A stretch of 63,284 bases of DNA, filler included, from Stramenopiles sp. TOSAG23-3 (GCA_900128585.1; 8 parts of 8 records of this genome joined end to end with filler, not necessarily neighbours in it); one strand, 5' to 3'. Shown: positions 21,984-33,400, counted from the whole stretch's first letter. The notes: generated from the letters alone by a model not told the origin. Numbers and translations are program-made.

Positions 21984-24900
21984 ATGGGGAGAATATCTCG
22001 ACTAGAGTGTTTTAATTTTAAGTCCTACGCGGGCCACCAAGTCCTCGGTCCTTTCAAAGAGTTTACGGCTGTTATTGGGCCAAACGGTGCTGGAAAATCG
22101 AACCTGATGGACGCGATATCCTTTGTGCTGGGCGTCCGGGCGGCGCATCTGCGAGGAAACCACTTGAAAGACTTGATCCACCGAAGTTTGACGCTCGACG
22201 AAAGTGGTGCCCCTTTGACCCCGCCACGCACTGGAGAAGTGCCGCCCCCTGAAGATGGAGAGACCTTCGTCACCATGGTGTATGTTGTGGATGAGCGCGA
22301 TCACCTGCCAGGGAAGCGCACAGGAGACGAGTTGCCGTTCCGCCGCTCTGTCTCTTACAACGCGGCCGACGGCACCACGAGCTCCACGTACCAAATTGAC
22401 GGGACGACGGTCACGAAGGGCGCGTACGAAGACGAGCTGATGGCGATCGGTATCGTTGTGAAGGCCAGAAATTCCCTTGTCTTTCAAGGCGACGTTGAAT
22501 CCATTGCACAAAAGAAACCCGAGGATTTGACGAAGTTCTTTGAGCAAATCAGCGGTTCGATTCGGTTCAAACGGGACTACGATTCGTTGAAAACGCGCAA
22601 AGTCGCAGCCGAGGACAATGTCATCCACTGCCACAAAATGAGAAAGAACCTTCAAAACGAGTCGAAGCAAATGGAAGCCCAGCGAGAGGAGGCCTCCCAG
22701 TTCGAGGCTAAAGAGAAGGAGCTGGCAAAGTTAAACCAAAAGTACTTCCTGTGGCAACTGTTCCACGTCGACAAAGAGATCCACGAGCAAGCCGAGCTGG
22801 TCGCCCTTTCGGAGAAGAAGATAGAGGGGGCAATCGAAAACGAAGCCGCCGCCGCCGAGCTGTACGGGAAGCAGAAGCAAGAGTACCACGGCCTCCATTT
22901 GCAGGAGACAAAAGTAGCAGGGGATTTGAACGCATCCATGAACGCCTTGGCAAAGTTGGTTCCCCAAGAAATCGAAATTCATGAAAAGGTCAAGCGAACA
23001 AAGGAGGCAATAGTTGCGGACGGCGCGAAAGTCGTGCAAGTGGAAAAATCGTTAGGACAGCAAGAGGACGACATTCGCCAATTAAACGAAAACGTCACAG
23101 TGCTTCAAAAGCAGCTGAAGGACCTGGAGATCGCGGCAAGCAATAGGCCGCAGCAGAAGGCGATGGAGCTGCTAGCTCAGCACACGGAAGAGTACGAGGC
23201 CCTGGACGTTGAGTTTCGAAAAGCGACCGTCGATCAGAGGCACGAACTTGAAGGGCTAAAGCGTGTTGCCATGGAAGAGCAAAGCGTTTTGGACCAGATC
23301 AAGGGAGAAATGGCCTCTTTGAACGAGCAGAAGCAGACTCTCAAACTTAGCGTCGCAAATAGGGAGAGCGATATCGGGGGTTTCCAAGAGAAAGAAAAGA
23401 AGCTTAGGGTGGGACTAGAAAGCTGCGAGAAACGCCTGGAGGCATTCCACGTCGTCAAGAAGGAGAAGGAAGGGAAAAAGCTCAATTTTGCCCGAAAGTT
23501 AGAGGACACGGGGAAGCGGTTGCGGGATGCCAAAATACACCGCCGGGAAGATGCAAGGGAAAAGCGTATCGCCGACATCGTTGAAAGCTTGAAGCGACTC
23601 TTTCCTGGCGTACACGGGCGCGTCTCTGACCTTTGCGAACCGACGCAGCGCAAGTACCGAATGGCAGTGACAGTTGCGATGGGGAGCCACATGGATTCCG
23701 TTATAGTCGATAGTAGCAGCGTAGCGATAGAATGCATCAAGTACATGAAGGAACAAAGGCTGGGCGTGGCGCAGTTTATTCCACTGGACAGTGTGAAAGT
23801 GAAAGCAGTCCCAGAGCAGTACCGTGTCCTTGGGGGTTCGTATAAGTTGATCCTTGATGTCTTGAAATTCCCGTCCCTCGTCAAAGTGGCCATCCAGTAC
23901 GTTGTCGGCGACTCCATCGTTTGCGATACCTTCAATGAAGCCAGGGCGTTGCGCTACAGTCGTCAAATCCGCGTTCGCGTGATCACGTTGAAAGGCCAGA
24001 TAATTCATAGAAATGCCAACATTACTGGTGGGATTGACGCCAACACCAGCGATAAAGCCCGGCGTTGGGACGACAAAGAGTTTGACAAGATTGTGCGAGA
24101 GCGCGAGGAGTACGAAAAGGCCTACAAACAGCTGGAGCGGGAGCTTGCGAACGGGCGGCTTAAGCTTGAGGGAAGCCTCATTCCACAGACGGAGGAAGAA
24201 ATTTCTCTCGGGATCAGAGACTACAAAAAGCGCCTGAACATTGCCCTTAGCGACATTACCGACGCGGATGCGAAGATCGAGTCACATTTGAAAGAGATCG
24301 AAAAGATCAGCAAAGTCCTCAAAGAGCTCAAGCCCAAGTTTGTTCTGGCAGATGCCCGGCTGGAAGAAAAGCAAGAGTTGGTTGAAAAATGCATGGCTAG
24401 TATTCAGGAAGTTGAGAAGACCATTTATGCAGAGCTGAGCGCAAAGGTTGGTGTTGAAAACGTCCGACGCTTGAAAGAGCAAATGCAGAAGGAGGCAAAA
24501 GAACACGATTTGCAGCGTGAAATGCTGAGCACGCAGTTGATGCACATGAAACAAGAAATAGCCCTTAAAAGCAAGCGCGACCTGGCGTCCTCTCTGGGGG
24601 CCTCGAAGGAATCTGTCGTTACGGCCAACCAAAATTTGCTTGGGCTGGAGAAGAAAGAGAAATCGATTGCTAAGAGTATTGCCAAAGCTCGTAAAACGGT
24701 TGCGGGGCTGGAAGTGCAACATAAGAAACTGAAAGAACAGGCGTTCTTTGCAGATGCTGCTGCTAAGCAGGCAATGAAAAAGCAAAAGGAAGTTTCCGAT
24801 ATCGTGAAGGGGTATGAGAACGAGCAAGCAGCGCAGGATATTGTACGAGAGCAGTTGCGGGCAAAACGCCACCGAATTTTTCGAAATGCCCAGTTGGAAC

Positions 24901-25799
24901 AAGTGAGCGTTCCCCAGTTAAGTAGCAAGCCTACCGAAGCAACCGCAGACGAAGGCACGGAAATGGACTCCGACAACGAACAACCTGAAGTTGAATCGCC
25001 GCCAGGTGGGGGGTTCAAAAAGGACGAGGACGATACCGCACAAGTAGACTTTTCATCGTTGAAGAAAGCCGACAAAAAATCGCTCTCGGACGAAGAGAAA
25101 AGGATACGGCGCGAAGAGTACAAAGACAGTATCGAGGGTTTGAAAGCATACATGGCAAAGGTTCAGCCAAATCACCGGGCAATGAATCAACTGCAGGAGA
25201 CCAACCAACGGCTGTCCGACAGCGAGACTGCTCTGAAACAGGCGAAAGAGAGAAGCCGTGCGATAACAGAACAGTTTGAAGCGGTGAAGAATCAGCGGAC
25301 CAGGGCATTTCTGAACATGTTTCGGAAAGTTAGCAGCGTTATCGATGGGGTCTACAAAGACCTTACTCGCAGTAGCAAGCACCAGGCCGGTGGGACTGCA
25401 AACCTTTACACCGAAAACGACACAGAGCCGTACGAGGGTGGCATCAAGTACAACGCGCAGCCCCCGTCCAAGCGTTTTCGGGACATGGACCAACTGAGTG
25501 GAGGGGAGAAGACCGTCGCTGCGCTCGCCCTGCTGTTCGCTGTTTACGAATTTCGACCTTCGCCCTTTTTTGTCATGGATGAAATTGATGCTGCCCTGGA
25601 CAATGTGAATGTCAACAAAGTATCTTCGTACATACGCAACCGGGTCGATGCCCCGGGCTCTCACTTTCAGGCCATCGTCATTTCCCTCAAAGACGCTTTC
25701 TATGGGAAAGCTGACGGGCTTGTGGGGATCTATCGTGAGAAAGATGTTTCCAAAACTGTCACGATGGACTTGACTCAGTTTGATGACGTGCCGGCATAA
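21984..25799 (+). CDS. SMC1: Cohesin subunit SMC1
   Basis: FNFKSY, Walker A GPNGAGKSN, LVFQGDVE, hinge GVHGRVSDLC, PPSKRFRDMDQLSGGEKT and Walker B FFVMDEIDAALD. Likely ATG at 21984. Confidence 0.97.
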   Translation: MGRISRLECFNFKSYAGHQVLGPFKEFTAVIGPNGAGKSNLMDAISFVLGVRAAHLRGNHLKDLIHRSLTLDESGAPLTPPRTGEVPPPEDGETFVTMVYVVDERDHLPGKRTGDELPFRRSVSYNAADGTTSSTYQIDGTTVTKGAYEDELMAIGIVVKARNSLVFQGDVESIAQKKPEDLTKFFEQISGSIRFKRDYDSLKTRKVAAEDNVIHCHKMRKNLQNESKQMEAQREEASQFEAKEKELAKLNQKYFLWQLFHVDKEIHEQAELVALSEKKIEGAIENEAAAAELYGKQKQEYHGLHLQETKVAGDLNASMNALAKLVPQEIEIHEKVKRTKEAIVADGAKVVQVEKSLGQQEDDIRQLNENVTVLQKQLKDLEIAASNRPQQKAMELLAQHTEEYEALDVEFRKATVDQRHELEGLKRVAMEEQSVLDQIKGEMASLNEQKQTLKLSVANRESDIGGFQEKEKKLRVGLESCEKRLEAFHVVKKEKEGKKLNFARKLEDTGKRLRDAKIHRREDAREKRIADIVESLKRLFPGVHGRVSDLCEPTQRKYRMAVTVAMGSHMDSVIVDSSSVAIECIKYMKEQRLGVAQFIPLDSVKVKAVPEQYRVLGGSYKLILDVLKFPSLVKVAIQYVVGDSIVCDTFNEARALRYSRQIRVRVITLKGQIIHRNANITGGIDANTSDKARRWDDKEFDKIVREREEYEKAYKQLERELANGRLKLEGSLIPQTEEEISLGIRDYKKRLNIALSDITDADAKIESHLKEIEKISKVLKELKPKFVLADARLEEKQELVEKCMASIQEVEKTIYAELSAKVGVENVRRLKEQMQKEAKEHDLQREMLSTQLMHMKQEIALKSKRDLASSLGASKESVVTANQNLLGLEKKEKSIAKSIAKARKTVAGLEVQHKKLKEQAFFADAAAKQAMKKQKEVSDIVKGYENEQAAQDIVREQLRAKRHRIFRNAQLEQVSVPQLSSKPTEATADEGTEMDSDNEQPEVESPPGGGFKKDEDDTAQVDFSSLKKADKKSLSDEEKRIRREEYKDSIEGLKAYMAKVQPNHRAMNQLQETNQRLSDSETALKQAKERSRAITEQFEAVKNQRTRAFLNMFRKVSSVIDGVYKDLTRSSKHQAGGTANLYTENDTEPYEGGIKYNAQPPSKRFRDMDQLSGGEKTVAALALLFAVYEFRPSPFFVMDEIDAALDNVNVNKVSSYIRNRVDAPGSHFQAIVISLKDAFYGKADGLVGIYREKDVSKTVTMDLTQFDDVPA

Positions 25800-26645
25800 C
25801 AAGTGTGAGGACATCCAGTTTTGTACGTGTAATAGAAAAGCAAAGAAAAGACAGGCGAGTGCGAGACAATAGTGTGCGTGTGCGCGTTGAACCTCCCCGC
25901 AGAATCAACCCGATCCCACATTCGGTAAGACTTAAGAATTAGATTTTTAACGTTTGTACATAGTTTTCAATCAGTTTCTATATCACAGTTCTTACACACG
26001 TACCTTTTAAAACTAAAATCACACTTTTTATTTCAAATTGGAATCTTGACCAGAAATTAAGGAAGGGTGTGTGCAGTGCAATAGGAGGCAGCATCTACAT
26101 TTGGAGTCAGTGTAACTCAGTCTTTAACTCTTATAGATTTATTAGAACGACACAAATGTTTCAATAACATTCATTGCGTCCAAATCTTGCATTCAAGATT
26201 TATGATAACACTTAATGCTGTGACCATATTCTTTCTGATTAACACGTAGTAGTTTTCTATGACAAAAATATTACTTTTTTAGACGACTATATAAATTATT
26301 AAAATGTATGCTACAATTGTTGTCCAACTGTGCATTTCGGCAGTCTATTTGGACTCCCAGCAACGTATCCTAAGTCACAATTTTGTGACCCTCCTTTACA
26401 AGCACTACCATCGCCGTAACGCGATAGACNNNNNNNNNNNNNNNNNNNNNNNNNNNNNNNNNNNNNNNNNNNNTTAATTAATTAANNNNNNNNNNNNNNN
26501 NNNNNNNNNNNNNNNNNNNNNNNNNNNNNAGACAATTCTCTTTCGAAATATGTTTGAAACATCATTGTTACACATAGAAACGCAAGATAGAATGCAAAAA
26601 GGGGCGGTCATTGACAGAGTTCACATATAATTGCCTCGTTATAAG

Positions 26646-28040
26646 ATGCCTTATGATGGCCGTATCACAGACGGAAGTGAGCATGCAGAGTGCTGCGGGT
26701 ATAATATGAACAATGTTACTTGGAAGCGATGGAGTGGGAGAAATTTTGAATACAATGAAGGCCAAAAATACGCTGGAAACGGAATCTTAATAAGAATGGT
26801 AGGAAAACGTAAGTTTTTCCATCTCTCTACATATCCAAATGAAGATGCGTTTACTGAATTGTCTGAAAGAATGGAAGGACGAGCAACAACTGGTGGTTCT
26901 GGTAACTTAGCGTACCAGCGATGTGAATGTGGAAAGACGTTTAAACCATTTATAGGACAAGACTGTTGTGCAAGATGTCTCCTACAGCAAAAAACAAAAG
27001 TAGAAATGGAAAAAAAGAAGTTGGAGACAGATGCAGAAAATCATAGAAAGAAAGTGGAGTTGCTTTCACAGGAGTTAATGGCTCTCCAATCAGATTATGA
27101 TTTTACAAAGTCAAAGGCAGCTGAAATAGATAATCAATGGAAGATGCAACAGTTATTGCTGGATGCAGAAAAGGCCAAATCAAAAAGTTTATATAAAAAG
27201 ATTGCATCTCTGAAAGATGGCTGTACAAAACAACGATCGTTATCACGGTTAACAAAAGCCTTAGCACTCAACAGTGACGCACTATCTAACGTTCTTTCAG
27301 GGGAAGAAAAAATAAAAGGTGAGGTGGCAAACCTGAAGATCCAGTTGGATAGTTACAGGTCAGAGTTAGCTGCCGTAATTGCAAAACAACAGTTGTTGAC
27401 CACCGAGGGAAATACATCTATTATAACGTTTCTGCAGGAGACCATTTACGAAGATTCCGTTCGTTTTTTTACGGGTGTGTTTGGTGTGAGTGGCCCTTTG
27501 AACAAGAACATTAGGAAGAATTGTGTGGAGAAAAATTTAAGAGAGTTTCCAAAGCAATTTCACGGTATATTAGCATCTTCTGGTTTCTCAAACATGTCAT
27601 TTTCGTTTCGTAAAGGAGAAACATTAGAGTCTGATTTTGCGATCAAAGTACAAGATCTCCTTAATTTTGGCTGTTATATAAATGAAGAAAGTGAGACAGT
27701 ATCTGTAGGCCATATGAGGGTTGGTGATATATTTGATCTTGTAGGAAGGAAAGACATTCTTCAACCGGGGGAAATCCAACACAGTGATCGGATAGACACA
27801 GATACCCTGCAGCAATGGAGAAGAATTTCCCGTAAACGGCTGGCTTCAATGGTCATTGAGCATTTGTTCAAAAAAAACTTTTTGACCAAATACAAACGAA
27901 TAACTGCTGCCAGAATCCGATTGGACGAGACAACGTATGGCGTAATGTTGATTATAGAAGTTACGATGGCAAGTTATCGAAAAATAGGACAAAGAATGGT
28001 CCTTGATAGAGGATTGGAAACGTGGCAATCCTTGTTTTAA
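26646..28040 (+). CDS. Hypothetical protein with Cys cluster (CECG...CCARC) and central coiled coil
   Basis: Open frame of ~464 aa from ATG 26646, with a heptad-rich E/K/L segment. No family recognised. Confidence 0.6.
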   Translation: MPYDGRITDGSEHAECCGYNMNNVTWKRWSGRNFEYNEGQKYAGNGILIRMVGKRKFFHLSTYPNEDAFTELSERMEGRATTGGSGNLAYQRCECGKTFKPFIGQDCCARCLLQQKTKVEMEKKKLETDAENHRKKVELLSQELMALQSDYDFTKSKAAEIDNQWKMQQLLLDAEKAKSKSLYKKIASLKDGCTKQRSLSRLTKALALNSDALSNVLSGEEKIKGEVANLKIQLDSYRSELAAVIAKQQLLTTEGNTSIITFLQETIYEDSVRFFTGVFGVSGPLNKNIRKNCVEKNLREFPKQFHGILASSGFSNMSFSFRKGETLESDFAIKVQDLLNFGCYINEESETVSVGHMRVGDIFDLVGRKDILQPGEIQHSDRIDTDTLQQWRRISRKRLASMVIEHLFKKNFLTKYKRITAARIRLDETTYGVMLIIEVTMASYRKIGQRMVLDRGLETWQSLF

Positions 28041-28486
28041 CTCACAGCAGTTTTTGTGTATCGTTGGATATACGTCCTCTGTTTTTATCTTTTCGTCTAT
28101 GTACCATTGATAGGGTAACCAATAGTACCAAATATGTATATTAAAATCATAATTTTGTAGCTAGATTGGCCTAGAGCTACCTCCCCCCCGTTTTTTTTAT
28201 ACCTATTAAAAGTATCCTTATTAGTATTACGAATCGTAGTCTTTTAACAAAATACGGTACAGCCATTCATTTACAAGTTTTTATTAAATTTTCTGTATCG
28301 TACAAGTTTTTTATTATTTATTATTATTAATATTACTAGCAGTTTCTTTGAAACTTTTGCAAGCTAAACAAAATTGCTATGGAAGAAAACTTTGAGCATA
28401 TTATTTAACAAACTGTTTATTCTTCGGTTTATAATTCGAATTATATTACTGTGCATGACAATTATTATACATTTAATTTGTTTTGA

Positions 28487-30307
28487 ATGAGTTCTGAAGC
28501 ATTGTGGCGTGGTAGTGACTCGCAATTTGGGTACTCCCCATTTGTCAACCGTAACTTTCAATTCAAGGTGTGTAGTTCATATCGAGTGCGTGACTTTGTC
28601 CTGTCAAATTCCCGCGCTTACACCTGTCATATTATCAACAGTTGCACCAGCGCACTGTTGGAATTGATTATAAGAAGGGGGGGGGTGCATCTTGGCGACG
28701 CAGGAGGGTTCTGTGACCAGTGGGAGATTGGATGGTCAGACCCAAAAACTGAAAGGGGATTTCACAAGCGATCTGTTATAAAGCTACTTGGGGAGGGGAC
28801 GGATTATCTGGAACAAATTTCAAAAGGAGTAACCCAAAAGGAGTTCCTGGATGCAGCAAAAAAGTATATCGAAAAGGAAAGGGAAGAAAGGTCAATATCG
28901 TTTGTTATATGCTCGACCTTCATGGCGTACACCAACAATGTCGTAAATGGGGCGACCTTGAGAGCTTTGTGTGCATGGTGTGAGGCCAAAGACCTGCACC
29001 TGATCATGGATGACACGCTTGGTTCTTTTAGGTTGAGTGGCGATCTCTGCAGTTGGAACGGCGTGATTAATTTTTATCCCCATGGATATATTCTTGGCTC
29101 AAAAACATTTGGATGTGCGTCCTTATGGATAAAGTCAAATTTGGTAGAAATGTTTTCTGTCTTGGTACCAAACTTTTCTGGTAGTCATGTCTTGCAAGAT
29201 TGTCTGGGTCGGTTTAAAAGGACATATCAATACGTGGCAAAGCTAGCCAGAAAAAGATATTCGGATGCAGAAACTGTTAGGAAATACTATAAATTCTGCG
29301 GGGGGGCGTTCTTTTGGTGGGTTGGAGAGCCAGTCACTGAGAAATGCAAATGGATTCTAAACTTGATGAAAACTTGGAGGTACGACAAGAGGATTTTAGT
29401 ACCTTTCGATTACGATTTCAAACCGGTTCTGAAAAGAATCAGAGAGGAAAAGAAAAAAGGGTTAAAAGTGGAAAAAGAAAGAGCGAAAAACCGAAAAAGA
29501 AAGCGAGAGCAAAGGGCAACGAACGCCCTGCTACCGAAGTTTGAAATGGTGAAAGTAAATTCAACACTGCTGGTTCCATTCGGGATGGCAAATCTGGAAT
29601 CGAGTAATTATATCAATGGATCCGTAGTGGGTGTAAACAAACAAGGCCGGGTGATAAAGAGATTGGGACAGCTTTTGCACCAAGAAATTGAAATCATCCG
29701 CAAAAAATGCCGTATAAGAGGAGAAGTGGAGTCGCCAGTTGCAATATGGAATGATGTTTCTAATCCACCAGCCCCACAATTTCTTCACAGTGATGGGGCA
29801 GCAATGAGTGTGTTCATACCTGTAAGTGAGTTTGGGCGTCAATTGGATGTGCTGGCCTTGTTTGGAGGAAAATTTTTGCGCGTACGGGTACATATACCAT
29901 ATGGAACTGTGTTAAAGTTCAATGCATCTGTGTTCCACGGGGGTTCACCAGGGAATGATCATTCGCCTAACCCTTGCATCCACTTTTATGTGGACATAAG
30001 TGCAGATGAAGAAACATTCCTACATAGGAGATTACGATGCTTTCGGCTACCAGAGGCACAAAATTATATGCCGGCTGACATGGTTTGTAACAATGGCACA
30101 CTGAATATGGCTATTGTTAGAAAGAATGGCGTTTTGCCCTTGGAACACTTCAAAGATATAATGGTTGGTTGGTATCCAGGATGCAATGAGTGGGATGTAA
30201 CTTCGACTGATGCCAGTATGGACGAATCCAAAATGAATGATTCCAGTACGTACGAATTCAAAGAATGTTCATATGATGAATTTGTAGTTGCTGCAGATAA
30301 AACTTAA
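28487..30307 (+). CDS. Fusion of PLP-dependent aminotransferase-like (fold I, class III-like) domain and 2OG-Fe(II) oxygenase (PhyH-like) domain
   Basis: LRALCAWCEAKDLHLIMDDTLGSFR (D175) and PHGYILGSKTFG (K206) mirror the class III LIxDE...PD...K pattern. PQFLHSD (H434, D436), MSVFIPV and GTVLKFNASVFHGG (H484) give the HxD...H triad. A basic NLS-like linker separates the two domains. Confidence 0.6.
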   Translation: MSSEALWRGSDSQFGYSPFVNRNFQFKVCSSYRVRDFVLSNSRAYTCHIINSCTSALLELIIRRGGVHLGDAGGFCDQWEIGWSDPKTERGFHKRSVIKLLGEGTDYLEQISKGVTQKEFLDAAKKYIEKEREERSISFVICSTFMAYTNNVVNGATLRALCAWCEAKDLHLIMDDTLGSFRLSGDLCSWNGVINFYPHGYILGSKTFGCASLWIKSNLVEMFSVLVPNFSGSHVLQDCLGRFKRTYQYVAKLARKRYSDAETVRKYYKFCGGAFFWWVGEPVTEKCKWILNLMKTWRYDKRILVPFDYDFKPVLKRIREEKKKGLKVEKERAKNRKRKREQRATNALLPKFEMVKVNSTLLVPFGMANLESSNYINGSVVGVNKQGRVIKRLGQLLHQEIEIIRKKCRIRGEVESPVAIWNDVSNPPAPQFLHSDGAAMSVFIPVSEFGRQLDVLALFGGKFLRVRVHIPYGTVLKFNASVFHGGSPGNDHSPNPCIHFYVDISADEETFLHRRLRCFRLPEAQNYMPADMVCNNGTLNMAIVRKNGVLPLEHFKDIMVGWYPGCNEWDVTSTDASMDESKMNDSSTYEFKECSYDEFVVAADKT

Positions 30308-30437
30308 TATAGGTAATTAAAAAAATATACAGTACCAATAATAAAATATTTTACGAATTAAAACCATCTACCCCGACGCGAAGAATGCCTTCAACTCACA
30401 AGACCGCCGCCCTCAAGCACTGCCCGGCCGAATATTT

Positions 30438-33400
30438 TTAACGAGAAACAGTAATTCCTTTCATAAAGATATATTTTGTACGCTGTTTTACCCTTTTTGC
30501 CATTACTTTCACATCCTTTGCAGTTGCATTTCCGTTTGCAAGAAACCCTACTGCATCTTGGATTAGCTGATCTAACGCCGATATATTAGCGTACGAGCAG
30601 TACATACAGTCCTCATTCTCTATGCACCGACCGCAAATGCACCCTACACCGTCATAATCGTGAAATGTTTTTATGTATGAACTTTTGCTTTCTCGCGTCA
30701 GAGTGTTGCTTTTATGGTGTACGTATTGTGCTCTAATCTCTTTTAATGGCTGTGGGTCAACCATCTCACCGTAAGTGTGAGTCAGTAAAATTTTGATCAG
30801 CTTAGACAAACAAGAACTCTTGTTTGTACTGGAGCTTACAATTGAGCGATATACTGGAAGTGATTTCACATATTGATGATAAGATTCCATAACTTCCAAT
30901 AAGCCTACTTCCCCTAGGGAAAATCCGTGAGACACCAGCTTATCCATGACATCTGGACCAACAGTTGTTGCAATCAAATCATATGGTCGAAATAAATCTG
31001 GAAAGCAGTAAACTTGCAGAAACTCCAATTTAGCAGCTGCTCTTCGATACCCTTCAGCTATCTCCGTTAATTCTTTTGCTTTCGTTTCCTTGTCTTCAGC
31101 ATGAGTGGAGGCACTCATATAATATACAAGTTCCCTGCTGTAGATTCCCATTAAATAAATTGATGAGAATATATCTTGCATTCCCTTCTCTGTTTTCGGT
31201 TTTCCTGTTTTCTTATGTACCTTTATTGCTTCCTGGAGAACACGAAGTAATTCCTCAACATGAATTAGAACCTGATTTGCCTGCTCTCCTATCAATCGCC
31301 TTGAGCATATATCATCCTTTCCTAAAAACGATTCCAAGTGCTTCCGAGATTCACTATATATTGCAAAGTTAGCTTTTGCGGCAGTTTTCAAAAATAGTAT
31401 TTCTGTTTTCTCAGCGTACACTATCAGCTTTGAGCGAAAGATTGGCCTGTGGAGCGCTTTTAGAAAATAGTCCAACGAGGGCCCCAGCTCCTTCTTGTCT
31501 GCAATTTTGTGACCCATGTGCTCATCATACATGGCTAAACTATTTGTGCACAGTGCAAGCAAATCAGCCACTTTTGTAGTCTTATAATGCAATGCGCATA
31601 GAGCAACCATCGCCCATGTTACTTCACTGCCAAACAAAGGCTCTGGGTTCACTAGACCTATGCCCATCGATTTTGCAAATGCAGCTCGATCGGTTTCCGG
31701 GGTCTTTTTTACCTCCTCACGTAAAAATTGCAAAATCTCAGGTGTCATTTGCACAGGCTTCGGCAGATTTTCTTCAGAAAATGGTCTAACTTCAGTTGCT
31801 CTCCTACGCTTCTTTCTGCCTTTCCGCACTGAATACGTTTCTTCGTGTTTTCTAAGGGCCTCTTTTCTTTTACGGAAGACAACTTTCAGTTCCTCTAATG
31901 TTAGTTGTCGTGCAGCAAAAATAGAGAAAGGGTTTTCACTGTTTCGTCCAATAGTCCCGTACCCTGAATTTTGCTTGCACATAAAAACTGCTGAAGGGTA
32001 ACAGAACGGGCTACGATGGTCTGCAAATCCAAACAACTTATTCAAAGCCTTCATATCACACGCCGGAATGTATGCAACATCGGTATGGTAGTCAATGGTA
32101 CCATCAGATCTGACAGTTTCTAACTTGTGTCTTGCAACGTCTTTCTGAAACGATAGCATCGACTCCGCAATTTGTCCACACAGTATATGTGCTTCTGCAG
32201 AATCTTCTTTAACATTTGCGATCAAAATTGGAATCATCTGCTCACGAGTTTGTGAAATATTCTCATTTAATATACGCACTAGGACAATCAGCTGATCTTT
32301 CTGTTGCCCTGATTTTGTCCTTGGTGCCCCGTCAAAGTGGATGGTAATATACAAGGTTCCCCCATGTATGTATGACTCCTTGCGCATATAATGGTTTATG
32401 GCCATTTTGATTCGATAATTCATTAATTGTCCAAACTCTTTGACGTATGCATGGTCTTTCAGCACAGTTTCGGATTGAGCAAGAAAATGCTCAATGCCAG
32501 ATTCACGAAGCATCTCCTTTGCAGTTTCACTATCTAAATTTGTTGACAACTCACTCATTTTTATTGGATACGTTTCATTTCCGACTGGTACATACCAAGT
32601 AGCATTAACAAAGCGCCAGTGAACCAATTTCTTTTGAGTTCTACTTAAAATCTTTTGTTGTGCTACTGTCACATTTGCTCTCCACCGATTTAAGAGCTCC
32701 TTTATTCGCTTCTCTTCATTCATTGCTTTAATCTCGAACTCAATAATTTCGATCAGATCCTTAACAATATCTGCTTTTGTTCTTTCATCGACAAGCCCCT
32801 TTCGTTGATTTGAAGTGAGGTTCTCCTGGAACTTTCCAAACAAACCAATAACGTTTTGAACACACTCATCTTGTTCGGTAGCAAATTCTATTTCATCAAC
32901 AGAACTAGAAGAATGGACTAAATCGTCCAGTGTTGATACACAATTGTTATCATTCTCGCAATGTATAAAGACAGACTTACTTGTCCCACTAAATGGACAC
33001 TTTGCGCATTCAAAGGAATTATGAACATTCAGAACTGTTCCTATTACATCATTGCGCTCATTAACGTCCTGCACTATATCAATTTTTTCGAAAAACTCTT
33101 TGCAAATGTCATCCCTGCTGACAATCATCATATTAGCCTTTGCATTAATTTTTGCATACAGACTCTTTTCTTCTGCAGTCATTCCAGTTAGAGCACTACG
33201 CAAAACCATCTGCGCCCATTTGTGTCCTCCAGAGCAAAACCAATTCGAGTCCATATAAAGTCCAACTGCCTTTGACACAATTTTTTTCAATTCATCAGCA
33301 TCATGTGTATGTGTGAACTCCATAACATGCCATCGTGTTGGAAGGCCAGAACATGTGTACGGTGTTTTCATGACTATGAAATACTGCATAGCTGCTAAAG

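Noticed and set aside
26374-26389. Palindrome GTCACAA-TT-TTGTGAC as a Transib terminus or footprint
   Set aside because: It is on a different, unlinked contig from the transposase and is too short to be significant.
27780-27806. RSS-like CACAGTG + 11 bp + ACAGATACC (7/9 nonamer match) on the RAG1-like contig; other CACAGTG at 29786 and 31549
   Set aside because: All lie inside coding sequence. The spacer is 11 rather than 12, the nonamer A-tract is broken, and no inverted partner or TSD is seen, so chance is a sufficient explanation.
28487-30307. Convergent partner as a RAG2-like protein
   Set aside because: It has no kelch GG repeats or PHD finger, and its motifs indicate enzyme folds instead.
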